In this document: positions 14,301-28,700 of the stretch, one piece after another | Layout of the letters: each line of letters starts with the position of its first letter | How positions within the stretch are numbered: position 1 is the first letter of the stretch | NCBI GenBank assembly: GCA_964016885.1 | Contig: OZ024740.1 | Coordinates: forward strand, 412,610,001-412,674,000 | Reading direction: 5' to 3' | DNA length: 64,000 nt | Source of the DNA: Eledone cirrhosa | Lineage: Eukaryota | Program-made: the position numbers and the translations under genes | Notes under the pieces: model-generated | Database searches by the model: none | Told to the model about the DNA's origin: nothing | What the model saw: the letters and a program-made list of their open reading frames with translations, nothing else

Positions 14301-17300
14301 AGTGTGTATGGAGTTAAGTATATGTGTGTAGAAGGTGTAGTGTGTATAGAGTTATGTATATGTGTGTAGAAGGTGTAGTGTCTATGGAGTTATGTATATG
14401 TGTGTAGGTTTAGTGTGTATGGAATTATGTATATGTGTGTAGGTGTAGTGTGTATGGAGTTATGTGTATGTGTGTAGAAGGTGTAAATTGTATGGGGTTA
14501 TGTGTATGTGTGTAGAAGGTGTAGTGTGTATGGAGTTATGTATATGTGTGTAGGTGTAGTGTGTATGGAGTTATGTATAAGTGTGTAGAAGGTGTAATGT
14601 GTATGGAGTTATGTATATGTGTGTTGGTGTAGTGTGTATGGAGTTATGTATATGTGTATAGAAAGTGTAGTGTGTATGGAGTTATGTATAAGTGTGTAGA
14701 AAGTGTAGTGTATATGGAGTTATGTATATGTGTGTAGAAAGTGTAGTGTGTATGGAGTTATGTGTATGTGTGTAGAAGGTGTGGTGTGTATGGAGTTATG
14801 TATATGTGTGTAGAAAGTGTAGTGTGTATGGAGTTATGTATATGTGTGTAGAAAGTGTAGTGTGTATGGAGTTATGTATATGTGTGTAGAAGATGTAGTG
14901 TGTATGGAGTTATGTATATGTGTGTAGAAGGTGTAGTGTCTATGGAGTTATGTATATGTGTGTAGGTTTAGTGTGTATGGAATTATGTATATGTGTGTGG
15001 GTGTAGTGTGTATGGAGTTATGTGTATGTGTGTAGAAGGTGTAGTGTGTATGGAGTTATGTATATGTGTGTAGAATGTGTAAATTGTATGGGGTTATGTG
15101 TATGTGTGTAGAAGGTGTAGTTTGTATGGAGTTATGTATAAGTGTGTAGAAGGTGTAATGTGTATGGAGTTATGTATATGTGTGTTGGTGTAGTGTGTAT
15201 GGAGTTATGTATATGTGTGTTGGTGTAGTGTGTATGGAGTTATGTATATGTGTATAGAGAGTGTAGTGTGTATGGAGTTATGTATATGTGTGTAGAAGGT
15301 GTAGTTTGTATGGAGTTATGTATAAGTGTGTAGATGGTGTAATGTGTATGGAGTTATGTATATGTGTGTTGGTGTAGTGTGTATGGAGTTATGTATATGT
15401 GTGTTGGTGTAGTGTGTATGGAGTTATGTATATGTGTATAGAAAGTGTAGTGTGTATGGAGTTATGTATGTGTGTGTAGAAGGTGTAGTGTGTATGGAGT
15501 TATGTATATGTGTGTAGAAAGTGTAGTGTGTATGGAGTTATGTGTATGTGTGCAGAAGGTGTAGTGTGTATGGAGTTATGTATATGTGTGTAGAAGGTGT
15601 AGTGTGTATAGAGTTATGTATATGTGTGTAGAAAATGTAGTGTGTATGGAGTTATGTATATGTGTGTAGGAGTAGTGTGTATGGAGTTATGTATATGTGT
15701 GTAGAAAGTGTAGTGTGTATGGAGTTATGTATATGTGTGTAGAAAGTGTAGTGTGTATGGAGTATTGTGTATGTGTGTAGAAAGTGTAGTGTGTATGGAG
15801 TTATATATATGTGTGTAGGAGTAGTGTGTATGGAGTTATGTATATGTGTGTAGAAAGTGTAGTGTGTATGGAGTTATGTATATGTGTGTAGAAAGTCTAG
15901 TGTGTATGGAGTTAAGTGTATGTGTGTAGAAGGTGTAGTGTGTATGGAGTTATGTATATGTGTGTAGAAAGTGTAGTGTGTATGGTGTTATGTATATGTG
16001 TGTAGAAGTTGTAGTGTGTATGGAGTAATGTATATGTGTGTAGAAAGTGTAGTGTGTATGGAGTTATGTGTATGTGTGTAGAAGGTGTAGTGTGTATGGA
16101 GTTATGTATATGTGTGTAGAATGTGTAAATTGTATGGGGTTATGTGTATGTGTGTAGAAGGTGTAGTTTGTATGGAGTTATGTATAAGTGTGTAGAAAGT
16201 GTAGTGTGTATGGAGTATTGTGTATGTGTGTAGAAAGTGTAGTGTGTATGGAGTTATATATATGTGTGTAGGAGTAGTGTGTATGGAGTTATGTATATGT
16301 GTGTAGAAAGTGTAGTGTGTATGGAGTTATGTATATGTGTGTAGAAAGTCTAGTGTGTATGGAGTTATGTGTATGTGTGTAGAAGGTGTAGTGTGTATGG
16401 AGTTATGTATATGTGTGTAGAAAGTGTAGTGTGTATGGTGTTATGTATATGTGTGTAGAAGTTGTAGTGTGTATGGAGTAATGTATATGTGTGTAGAAAG
16501 TGTAGTGTGTATGGAGTTATGTGTATGTGTGTAGAAGGTGTAGTGTGTATGGAGTTATGTATATGTGTGTAGAATGTGTAAATTGTATGTGGTTATGTGT
16601 ATGTGTGTAGAAGGTGTAGTTTGTATGGAGTTATGTATAAGTGTGTAGAAGGTGTAATGTGTATGGAGTTATGTATATGTGTGTTGGTGTAGTGTGTATG
16701 GAGTTATGTATATGTGTGTTGGTGTAGTGTGTATGGAGTTATGTATATGTGTATAGAAAGTGTAGTGTGTATGGAGTTATGTATATGTGTGTAGAAGGTG
16801 TAGTGTGTATGGAGTTATGTATATGTGTGTAGAAAGTGTAGTGTGTATGGAGTTATGTGTATGTGTGCAGAAGGTGTAGTGTGTATGGAGTTATGTATAT
16901 GTGTGTAGAAGTTGTAGTGTGTATAGAGTTATGTATATGTGTGTAGAAAGTGTAGTGTGTATGGAGTTATGTATATGTGTGTAGAAAGTCTAGTGTGTAT
17001 GGAGTTATGTGTATGTGTGTAGAAGGTGTAGTGTGTATGGAGTTATGTATATGTGTGTAGGTGTAGTGTGTATGGAGTAATGTATATGTGTGTAGAAAGT
17101 GTAGTGTGTATGGAGTTATGTGTATGTGTGTAGAAGCTGTAGTGTGTATGGAGGTATGTATATGTGTGTAGGTGTAGTGTGTATGGAGTTTTGTATATGT
17201 GTGTAGAAAGTGTAGTGTGTATGGAGTTATGTATATGTGTGTAGAAAGTGTAGTGTGTATGGAATTATGTATATGTGTGTAGAAGGTGTAGTGTGTATAG

Positions 17301-17950
17301 AGTTATGTATATGTGTGTAGAAAGTGTAGTGTGTATGGAGTTATGTATATGTGTGTAGGTGTAGTGTGTATGGAGTTATGTATATGTGTGTAGAAAGTGT
17401 AGTGTGTATGGAGTTATGTATATGTGTGTAGAAAGTGTAGTGTGTATGGAGTTATGTATATGTGTGTAGAAAGTGTAGTGTGTATGGAGTTATGTGTATG
17501 TGTGTAGAAGGTGTGGTGTGTATGGAGTTATGTATATGTGTGTAGAAATAGTAGTGTGTATGGAGTTATGTATATGTGTGTAGAAAGTGTAGTGTGTATG
17601 GAGTTATGTATATGTGTGTAGAAGATGTAGTGTGTATGGAGTTATGTATATGTGTGTAGAAGGTGTAGTGTCTATGGAGTTATGTATATGTGTGTAGGTT
17701 TAGTGTGTATGGAATTATGTATATGTGTGTGGGTGTAGTGTGTATGGAGTTATGTGTATGTGTGTAGAAGGTGTAGTGTGTATGGAGTTATGTATATGTG
17801 TGTAGAATGTGTAAATTGTATGGGGTCATGTGTATGTGTGTAGAAGGTGTAGTTTGTATGGAGTTATGTATAAGTGTGTAGAAGGTGTAATGTGTATGGA
17901 GTTATGTATATGTGTGTTGGTGTAGTGTGTATGGAGTTATGTATATGTGT
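11400..17950. repeat. Duplicated block with a 3924-bp offset (~11.4-14.0 kb vs ~15.3-17.95 kb)
   Basis: GAAAAT at 11712/15636, GAAGCT at 13213/17137, GAAATAGTAG at 13626/17550 and GGGGTCATG at 13903/17827 all differ by 3924. Confidence 0.85.
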
Positions 17951-20900
17951 GTTGGTGTAGTGTGTATGGAGTTATGTATATGTGTGTAGAAGGTGTAGTG
18001 TGTATGGAGTTATGTATATGAGTGTAGAAAGTGTAGTGTGTATGGAGTTATGTATATGTGTATAGAAAGTGTAGTGTGTATGGAGTTATGTATATGTGTG
18101 TAGAAGGTGTAGTGTGTATGGAGTTATGTATATGAGTGTAGAAAGTGTAGTGTGTATGGAGTTATGTGTATGTGTGCAGAAGGTGTAGTGTGTATGGAGT
18201 TAAGTATATGTGTGTAGAAGGTGTAGTGTCTATGGAGTTATGTATATGTGTGTAGGTTTAGTGTGTATGGAATTATGTATATGTGTGTAGGTGTAGTGTG
18301 TATGGAGTTATGTGTATGTGTGTAGAAGGTGTAGTGTGTATGGAGTTATGTATATGTGTGTAGAATGTGTAAATTGTATGGGGTTATGTGTATGTGTGTA
18401 GAAGGTGTAGTTTGTATGGAGTTATGTATAAGTGTGTAGAAGGTGTAATGTGTATGGAGTTATGTATATGTGTGTTGGTGTAGTGTGTATGGAGTTATGT
18501 ATATGTGTATAGAAAGTGTAGTGTGTATGGAGTTATGTATAAGTGTGTAGAAAGTGTAGTGTATATGGAGTTATGTATATGTGTGTAGAAAGTGTAGTGT
18601 GTATGGAGTTATGTGTATGTGTGTAGAAGGTGTGGTGTGTATGGAGTTATGTATATGTGTGTAGAAAGTGTAGTGTGTATGGAGTTATGTATATGTGTGT
18701 AGAAAGTGTAGTGTGTATGGAGTTATGTATATGTGTGTAGAAGATGTAGTGTGTATGGAGTTATGTATATGTGTGTAGAAGGTGTAGTGTCTATGGAGTT
18801 ATGTATATGTGTGTAGAAAGTGTAGTGTGTATGGAGTTATGTGTATGTGTGCAGAAGGTGTAGTGTGTATGGAGTTACGTATATGTGTGTAGAAGGTGTA
18901 GTGTGTATGGAGTTATGTATATGTGTGTAGAAAGTGTAGTGTGTATGGAGTTATGTATATGTGTGTAGAAAGTGTAGTGTGTATGGAGTTATGTATATGT
19001 GTGTAGAAAGTGTAGTGTGTATGGAGTTATGTATATGTGTGTAGAAGATGTAGTGTGTATGGAGTTATGTATATGTGTGTAGAAGGTGTAGTGTGTATGG
19101 AGTTATGTATATGTGTGTAGAAGGTGTAGTGTGTATGGAGTTATGTATATGTGTGTAGAAAGTGTAGTGTGTATGGAGTTATGTGTATGTGTGCAGAAGG
19201 TGTAGTGTGTATGGAGTTATGTATATGTGTGTAGAAGATGTAGTGTGTATGGAGTTATGTATATGTGTGTAGAAGGTGTAGTGTGTATGGAGTTATGTAT
19301 ATGTGTGTAGAAAGTGTAGTGTGTATGGAGTTATGTATATGTGTGTAGAAAGTGTAGTGTGTATGGAGTTATGTATATGTGTGTAGAAGATGTAGTGTGT
19401 ATGGAGTTATGTATATGTGTGTAGAAGGTGTAGTGTGTATGGAGTTATGTATATGTGTGTAGAAAGTGTAGTGTGTATGGAGTTATGTGTATGTGTGCAG
19501 AAGGTGTAGTGTGTATGGAGTTACGTATATGTGTGTAGAAGGTGTAGTGTGTATGGAGTTATGTATATGTGTGTAGAAAGTGTAGTGTGTATGGAGTTAT
19601 GTATATGTGTGTAGGAGTAGTGTGTATGGAGTTATGAATATGTGTGTAGAAAGTGTAGTGTGTATGGAGTTATGTATATGTGTGTAGAAAGTGTAGTGTG
19701 TATGGAGTAGTGTATATGTGTGTAGAAAATGTAGTGTGTATGGAGTTATGTATATGTGTGTAGAAAGTCTAGTGTGTATGGTGTTATGTATATGTGTGTA
19801 GAAGTTGTAGTGTGTATGGAGTAATGTATATGTGTGTAGAAAGTGTAGTATGTATGGAGTTATGTGTATGTGTGTAGAAGGTGTAGTGTGTATGGAGTTA
19901 AGTATATGTGTGTAGGTGTAGTGTGTATGGAGTTATGTATATGTGTGTAGAAAGTGTAGTGTGTATGGATTTATGTGTATGTGTGTAGAAGTTGTAGTGT
20001 GTATGGAGTTATGTATATGTGTGTAGAAAGTGTAGTGTGTAGGGAGTTATGTATATGTGTGTAGAAAGTGTAGTGTGTATGGAGTTATGTATATGAGTGT
20101 AGAAAGTGTAGTGTGTATGGAGTTATGTATATGTGTGTAGAAAGTGTAGTGTGTATGGAGTATTGTATATGTGTGTAGAAAGTGTAGTGTGTATGGAGTT
20201 ATATATATGTGTGTAGGAGTAGTGTGTATGGAGTTATGTATATGTGTGTAGAAAGTGTAGTGTGTATGGAGTTATGTATATGTGTGTAGAAAGTCTAGTG
20301 TGTATGGAGTTATGTGTATGTGTGTAGAAGGTGTAGTGTGTATGGAGTTATGTATATGTGTGTAGGTGTAGTGTGTATGGAGTAATGTATATGTGTGTAG
20401 AAAGTGTAGTGTGTATGGAGTTATGTGTATGTGTGTAGAAGCTGTAGTGTGTATGGAGGTATGTATATGTGTGTAGGTGTAGTGTATATGGAGTTTTGTA
20501 TATGTGTGTAGAAAGTGTAGTGTGTATGGAGTTATGTATATGTGTGTAGAAAGTGTAGTGTGTATGGAATTATGTATATGTGTGTAGAAGGTGTAGTGTG
20601 TATGGAGTTATGTATATGTGTGTAGAAGGTGTAGTGTGTATGGAGTTATGTGTATGTGTGTAGGTGTAGTGTGTATGGAGTTATGTATATGTGTGTAGAA
20701 AGTGTAGTGTGTATGGAGTTATGTATATGTGTGTAGAAAGTGTAGTGTATATGGAGTTATGTATATGTGTGTAGAAAGTGTAGTGTGTATGGAGTTATGT
20801 ATAAGTGTGTAGAAAGTGTAGTGTGTATGGAGTTATGTATATGTGTGTAGAAAGTGTAGTGTGTATGGAGTTATGTGTATGTGTGTAGAAGGTGTGGTGT

Positions 20901-23900
20901 GTATGGAGTTATGTATATGTGTGTAGAAATAGTAGTGTGTATGGAGTTATGTATATGTGTGTAGAAAGTGTAGTGTGTATGGAGTTATGTATATGTGTGT
21001 AGAAGATGTAGTGTGTATGGAGTTATGTATATGTGTGTAGAAGGTGTAGTGTCTATGGAGTTATGTATATGTGTGTAGGTTTAGTGTGTATGGAATTATG
21101 TATATGTGTGTGGGTGTAGTGTGTATGGAGTTATGTGTATGTGTGTAGAAGGTGTAGTGTGTATGGAGTTATGTATATGTGTGTAGAATGTGTAAATTGT
21201 ATGGGGTCATGTGTATGTGTGTAGAAGGTGTAGTTTGTATGGAGTTATGTATAAGTGTGTAGAAGGTGTAATGTGTATGGAGTTATGTATATGTGTGTTG
21301 GTGTAGTGTGTATGGAGTTATGTATATGTGTGTTGGTGTAGTGTGTATGGAGTTATGTATATGTGTGTAGAAGGTGTAGTGTGTATGGAGTTATGTATAT
21401 GTGTGTAGAAAGTGTAGTGTGTATGGAGTTATGTATATGTGTATAGAAAGTGTAGTGTGTATGGAGTTATGTATATGTGTGTAGAAGGTGTAGTGTGTAT
21501 GGAGTTATGTATATGAGTGTAGAAAGTGTAGTGTGTATGGAGTTATGTATATGTGTATAGAAAGTGTAGTGTGTATGGAGTTATGTATATGTGTGTAGAA
21601 GGTGTAGTGTGTATGGAGTTATGTATATGAGTGTAGAAAGTGTTGTGTGTATGGAGTTATGTGTATGTGTGCAGAAGGTGTAGTGTGTATGGAGTTAAGT
21701 ATATGTGTGTAGAAGGTGTAGTGTGTATAGAGTTATGTATATGTGTGTAGAAGGTGTAGTGTCTATGGAGTTATGTATATGTGTGTAGGTTTAGTGTGTA
21801 TGGAATTATGTATATGTGTGTAGGTGTAGTGTGTATGGAGTTATGTGTATGTGTGTAGAAGGTGTAGTGTGTATGGAGTTATGTATATGTGTGTAGAATG
21901 TGTAAATTGTATGGGGTTATGTGTATGTGTGTAGAAGGTGTAGTTTGTATGGAGTTATGTATAAGTGTGTAGAAGGTGTAATGTGTATGGAGTTATGTAT
22001 ATGTGTGTTGGTGTAGTGTGTATGGAGTTATGTATATGTGTATAGAAAGTGTAGTGTGTATGGAGTTATGTATAAGTGTGTAGAAAGTGTAGTGTATATG
22101 GAGTTATGTATATGTGTGTAGAAAGTGTAGTGTGTATGGAGTTATGTGTATGTGTGTAGAAGGTGTGGTGTGTATGGAGTTATGTATATGTGTGTAGAAA
22201 GTGTAGTGTGTATGGAGTTATGTATATGTGTGTAGAAAGTGTAGTGTATGGAGTTATGTATATGTGTGTAGAAGATGTAGTGTGTATGGAGTTATGTATA
22301 TGTGTGTAGAAGGTGTAGTGTCTATGGAGTTATGTATATGTGTGTAGGTTTAGTGTGTATGGAATTATGTATATGTGTGTGGGTGTAGTGTGTATGGAGT
22401 TATGTGTATGTGTGTAGAAGGTGTAGTGTGTATGGAGTTATGTATATGTGTGTAGAATGTGTATATTGTATGGGGTTATGTGTATGTGTGTAGAAGGTGT
22501 AGTTTGTATGGAGTTATGTATAAGTGTGTAGAAGGTGTAATGTGTATGGAGTTATGTATATGTGTGTTGGTGTAGTGTGTATGGAGTTATGTATATGTGT
22601 GTTGGTGTAGTGTGTATGGAGTTATGTATATGTGTATAGAAAGTGTAGTGTGTATGGAGTTATGTATATGTGTGTAGAAGGTGTAGTGTGTATGGAGTTA
22701 TGTATATGAGTGTAGAAAGTGTAGTGTGTATGGAGTTATGTATATGTGTATAGAAAGTGTAGTGTGTATGGAGTTATGTATATGTGTGTAGAAGGTGTAG
22801 TGTGTATGGAGTTATGTATATGAGTGTAGAAAGTGTAGTGTGTATGGAGTTAAGTATATGTGTGTAGAAGGTGTAGTGTGTATAGAGTTATGTATATGTG
22901 TGTAGAAGGTGTAGTGTCTATGGAGTTATTTATATGTGTGTATGTTTAGTGTGTATGGAATTATGTATATGTGTGTAGGTGTAGTGTGTATGGAGTTATG
23001 TGTATGTGTGTAGAAGGTGTAGTGTGTATGGAGTTATGTATATGTGTGTAGAATGTGTAAATTGAATGGGGTTATGTGTATGTGTGTAGAAGGTGTAGTT
23101 TGTATGGAGTTATGTATAAGTGTGTAGAAGGTGTAATGTGTATGGAGTTATGTATATGTGTGTTGGTGTAGTGTGTATGGAGTTATGTATATGTGTGTTG
23201 GTGTAGTGTGTATGGAGTTATGTATATGTGTATAGAAAGTGTAGTGTGTATGGAGTTATGTGTATGTGTGTAGAAGGTGTAGTGTGTATGGAGTTATGTA
23301 TATGTGTGTAGAAAGTGTAGTGTGTATGGAGTTATGTGTATGTGTGCAGAAGGTGTAGTGTGTATGGAGTTACGTATATGTGTGTAGAAGGTGTAGTGTG
23401 TATGGAGTTATGTATATGTGTGTAGAAAGTGTAGTGTGTATGGAGTTATGTATATGTGTGTAGGAGTAGTGTGTATGGTGTTATGAATATGTGTGTAGAA
23501 AGTGTAGTGTGTATGGAGTTATGTATATGTGTGTAGAAAGTGTAGTGTGTATGGAGTATTGTATATGTGTGTAGAAGTTGTAGTGTGTATGGAGTAATGT
23601 ATATGTGTGTAGAAAGTGTAGTATGTATGGAGTTATGTGTATGTGTGTAGAAGGTGTAGTGTGTATGGAGTTAAGTATATGTGTGTAGGTGTAGTGTGTA
23701 TGGAGTTATGTATATGTGTGTAGAAGGTGTAGTGTGTATGGATTTATGTGTATGTGTGTAGAAGTTGTAGTGTGTATGGAGTTATGTATATGTGTGTAGA
23801 AAGTGTAGTGTGTAGGGAGTTATGTATATGTGTGTAGAAAGTGTAGTGTGTATGGAGTTATGTATATGAGTGTAGAAAGTGTAGTGTGTATGGAGTTATG

Positions 23901-25739
23901 TATATGTGTGTAGAAAGTGTAGTGTGTATGGAGTATTGTATATGTGTGTAGAAAGTGTAGTGTGTATGGAGTTATATATATGTGTGTAGGAGTAGTGTGT
24001 ATGGAGTTATGTATATGTGTGTAGAAAGTGTAGTGTGTATGGAGTTATGTATATGTGTGTAGAAAGTCTAGTGTGTATGGAGTTATGTGTATGTGTGTAG
24101 AAGGTGTAGTGTGTATGGAGTTATGTATATGTGTGTAGGTGTAGTGTGTATGGAGTAATGTATATGTGTGTAGAAAGTGTAGTGTGTATGGAGTTATGTG
24201 TATGTGTGTAGAAGCTGTAGTGTGTATGGAGGTATGTATATGTGTGTAGGTGTAGTGTGTATGGAGTTTTGTATATGTGTGTAGAAAGTGTAGTGTGTAT
24301 GGAGTTATGTATATGTGTGTAGAAAGTGTAGTGTGTATGGAATTATGTATATGTGTGTAGAAGGTGTAGTGTGTATGGAGTTATGTATATGTGTGTAGAA
24401 GGTGTAGTGTGTATGGAGTTATGTATATGTGTGTAGGTGTAGTGTGTATGGAGTTATGTATATGTGTGTAGAAAGTGTAGTGTGTATGGAGTTATGTATA
24501 TGTGTGTAGAAAGTGTAGTGTATATGGAGTTATGTATATGTGTGTAGAAAGTGTAGTGTGTATGGAGTTATGTGTATGTGTGTAGAAGGTGTGGTGTGTA
24601 TGGAGTTATGTATATGTGTGTTGTAGGTGTAGTGTGTATGGAGTTATGTATATGTGTGTAGAAAGTGTAGTGTATATGGAGTTATGTATATGTGTGTAGA
24701 AAGTGTAGTGTGTATGGAGTTATGTGTATGTGTGTAGAAGGTGTGGTGTGTATGGAGTTATGTATATGTGTGTAGGTTTAGTGTGTATGGAGTTATGTAT
24801 ATGTGTGTAGAAAGTGTAGTGTGTATGGAGTTATGTATATGTGTGTAGAAAGTGTAGTGTATATGGAGTTATGTATATGTGTGTAGAAGGTGTAGTGTGT
24901 ATAGAGTTATGTATATGTGTGTAGAAGGTGTAGTGTCTATGGAGTTATGTATATGTGTGTAGGTTTAGTGTGTATGGAATTATGTATATGTGTGTGGGTG
25001 TAGTGTGTATGGAGTTATGTGTATGTGTGTAGAAGGTGTAGTGTGTATAGAGTTATGTATATGTGTGTAGAATGTGTAAATTGTATGGGGTTATGTGTAT
25101 GTGTGTAGAAGGTGTAGTTTGTATGGAGTTATGTATAAGTGTGTAGAAGGTGTAATGTGTATGGAGTTATGTATATGTGTGTTGGTGTAGTGTGTATGGA
25201 GTTATGTATATGTGTATAGAAAGTGTAGTGTGTATGGAGTTATGTATATGTGTGTAGAAGGTGTAGTGTGTATGGAGTTATGTATATGTGTGTAGAAAGT
25301 GTAGTGTGTATGGAGTTATGTGTATGTGTGCAGAAGGTGTAGTGTGTATGGAGTTACGTATATGTGTGTAGAAGGTGTAGTGTGTATGGAGTTATGTATA
25401 TGTGTGTAGAAAGTGTAGTGTGTATGGAGTTATGTATATGTGTGTAGGAGTAGTGTGTATGGAGTTATGTATATGTGTGTAGAAAGTGTAGTGTGTATGG
25501 AGTTATGTATATGTGTGTAGAAAGTGTAGTGTGTATGGAGTATTGTATATGTGTGTAGAAAGTGTAGTGTGTATGGAGTTATATATATGTGTGTAGAAAG
25601 TGTAGTGTGTATGGTGTTATGTATATGTGTGTAGAAGTTGTAGTGTGTATGGAGTTATGTATATGTGTGTAGAAAGTGTAGTGTGTATGGAGTTATGTGT
25701 ATGTGTGTAGAAGGTGTGGTGTGTATGGAGTTATGTATA

Positions 25740-28700
25740 TGTGTGTAGAAAGTGTAGTGTGTATGGAGTTATGTACATGTGTGTAGAAAGTGTAGTGTGT
25801 ATGGAGTTATGTATATGTGTGTAGAAGATGTAGTGTGTATGGAGTTATGTATATGTGTGTAGAAGGTGTAGTGTCTATGGAGTTATGTATATGTGTGTAG
25901 GTTTAGTGTGTATGGAATTATGTATATGTGTGTAGGTGTAGTGTGTATGGAGTTATGTGTATGTGTGTAGAAGGTGTAGTGTGTATGGAGTTATGTATAT
26001 GTGTGTAGAATGTGTAAATTGTATGGGGTTATGTGTATGTGTGTAGAAGGTGTAGTGTGTATGGAGTTATGTATATGTGTGTAGAAGGTGTAGTGTGTAT
26101 GGAGTTATGTATATGTGTATAGAAAGTGTAGTGTGTATGGAGTTATGTATATGTGTGTAGAAGGTGTAGTGTGTATGGAGTTATGTATATGTGTGTAGAA
26201 AGTGTAGTGTGTATGGAGTTATGTGTATGTGTGCAGAAGGTGTAGTGTGTATGGAGTTATGTATATGTGTGTAGAAGGTGTAGTGTGTATAGAGTTATGT
26301 ATATGTGTGTAGAAAATGTAGTGTGTATGGAGTTATGTATATGTGTGTAGGAGTAGTGTGTATGGAGTTATGTATATGTGTGTAGAAAGTGTAGTGTGTA
26401 TGGAGTTATGTATATGTGTGTAGAAAGTGTAGTGTGTATGGAGTATTGTGTATGTGTGTAGAAAGTGTAGTGTGTATGGAGTTATATATATGTGTGTAGG
26501 AGTAGTGTGTATGGAGTTATGTATATGTGTGTAGAAAGTGTAGTGTGTATGGAGTTATGTATATGTGTGTAGAAAGTCTAGTGTGTATGGAGTTAAGTGT
26601 ATGTGTGTAGAAGGTGTAGTGTGTATGGAGTTATGTATATGTGTGTAGAAAGTGTAGTGTGTATGGTGTTATGTATATGTGTGTAGAAGTTGTAGTGTGT
26701 ATGGAGTAATGTATATGTGTGTAGAAAGTGTAGTGTGTATGGAGTTATGTGTATGTGTGTAGAAGGTGTAGTGTGTATGGAGTTATGTATATGTGTGTAG
26801 AATGTGTAAATTGTATGGGGTTATGTGTATGTGTGTAGAAGGTGTAGTTTGTATGGAGTTATGTATAAGTGTGTAGAAAGTGTAGTGTGTATGGAGTATT
26901 GTGTATGTGTGTAGAAAGTGTAGTGTGTATGGAGTTATATATATGTGTGTAGGAGTAGTGTGTATGGAGTTATGTATATGTGTGTAGAAAGTGTAGTGTG
27001 TATGGAGTTATGTATATGTGTGTAGAAAGTCTAGTGTGTATGGAGTTATGTGTATGTGTGTAGAAGGTGTAGTGTGTATGGAGTTATGTATATGTGTGTA
27101 GAAAGTGTAGTGTGTATGGTGTTATGTATATGTGTGTAGAAGTTGTAGTGTGTATGGAGTAATGTATATGTGTGTAGAAAGTGTAGTGTGTATGGAGTTA
27201 TGTGTATGTGTGTAGAAGGTGTAGTGTGTATGGAGTTATGTATATGTGTGTAGAATGTGTAAATTGTATGGGGTTATGTGTATGTGTGTAGAAGGTGTAG
27301 TTTGTATGGAGTTATGTATAAGTGTGTAGAAGGTGTAATGTGTATGGAGTTATGTATATGTGTGTTGGTGTAGTGTGTATGGAGTTATGTATATGTGTGT
27401 TGGTGTAGTGTGTATGGAGTTATGTATATGTGTATAGAAAGTGTAGTGTGTATGGAGTTATGTATATGTGTGCAGAAGGTGTAGTGTGTATGGAGTTATG
27501 TATATGTGTGTAGAAAGTGTAGTGTGTATGGAGTTATGTGTATGTGTGCAGAAGGTGTAGTGTGTATGGAGTTATGTATATGTGTGTAGAAGTTGTAGTG
27601 TGTATAGAGTTATGTATATGTGTGTAGAAAGTGTAGTGTGTATGGAGTTATGTATATGTGTTTAGGAGTAGTGTGTATGGAGTTATGTATATGTGTGTAG
27701 AAAGTGTAGTGTGTATGGAGTTATGTATATGTGTGTAGAAAGTGTAGTGTGTATGGAGTATTGTATATGTGTGTAGAAGGTGTAGTGTGTATGGAGTTAT
27801 GTATATGTGTGTAGAAGGTGTAGTGTGTATGGAGTTATGTATATGTGTGTAGAAAGTGTAGTGTGTATGGAGTTATGTATATGTGTGTAGAAGGTGTAGT
27901 GTGTATGGAGTTATGTATATGTGTGTAGAAAGTGTAGTGTGTATGGAGTTATGTATATGTGTGTAGAAAGTGTAGTGTGTATGGAGTTATGTATATGTGT
28001 GCAGAAGCTGTAGTGTGTATGGAGTTATGTATATGTGTGTAGAAAGTGTAGTGTGTATGGAGTTATGTATATGTGTGCAGAAGCTGTAGTGTGTATGGAG
28101 TTATGTATATGTGTGTAGAAAGTGTAGTGTGTATGGAGTTATGTATATGTGTGTAGAAAGTCTAGTGTGTATGGAGTTAAGTGTATGTGTGTAGAAGGTG
28201 TAGTGTGTATGGAGTTATGTATATGTGTGTAGAAAGTGTAGTGTGTATGGTGTTATGTATATGCGTGTAGAAGTTGTAGTGTGTATGGAGTAATGTATAT
28301 GTGTGTAGAAAGTGTAGTGTGTATGGAGTTATGTGTATGTGTGTAGAAGGTGTAGTGTGTATGGAGTTATGTATATGTGTGTAGAATGTGTAAATTGTAT
28401 GGGGTTATGTGTATGTGTGTAGAAGGTGTAGTTTGTATGGAGTTATGTATAAGTGTGTAGAAAGTGTAGTGTGTATGGAGTATTGTGTATGTGTGTAGAA
28501 AGTGTAGTGTGTATGGAGTTATATATATGTGTGTAGGAGTAGTGTGTATGGAGTTATGTATATGTGTGTAGAAAGTGTAGTGTGTATGGAGTTATGTATA
28601 TGTGTGTAGAAAGTCTAGTGTGTATGGAGTTATGTGTATGTGTGTAGAAGGTGTAGTGTGTATGGAGTTATGTATATGTGTGTAGAAAGTGTAGTGTGTA

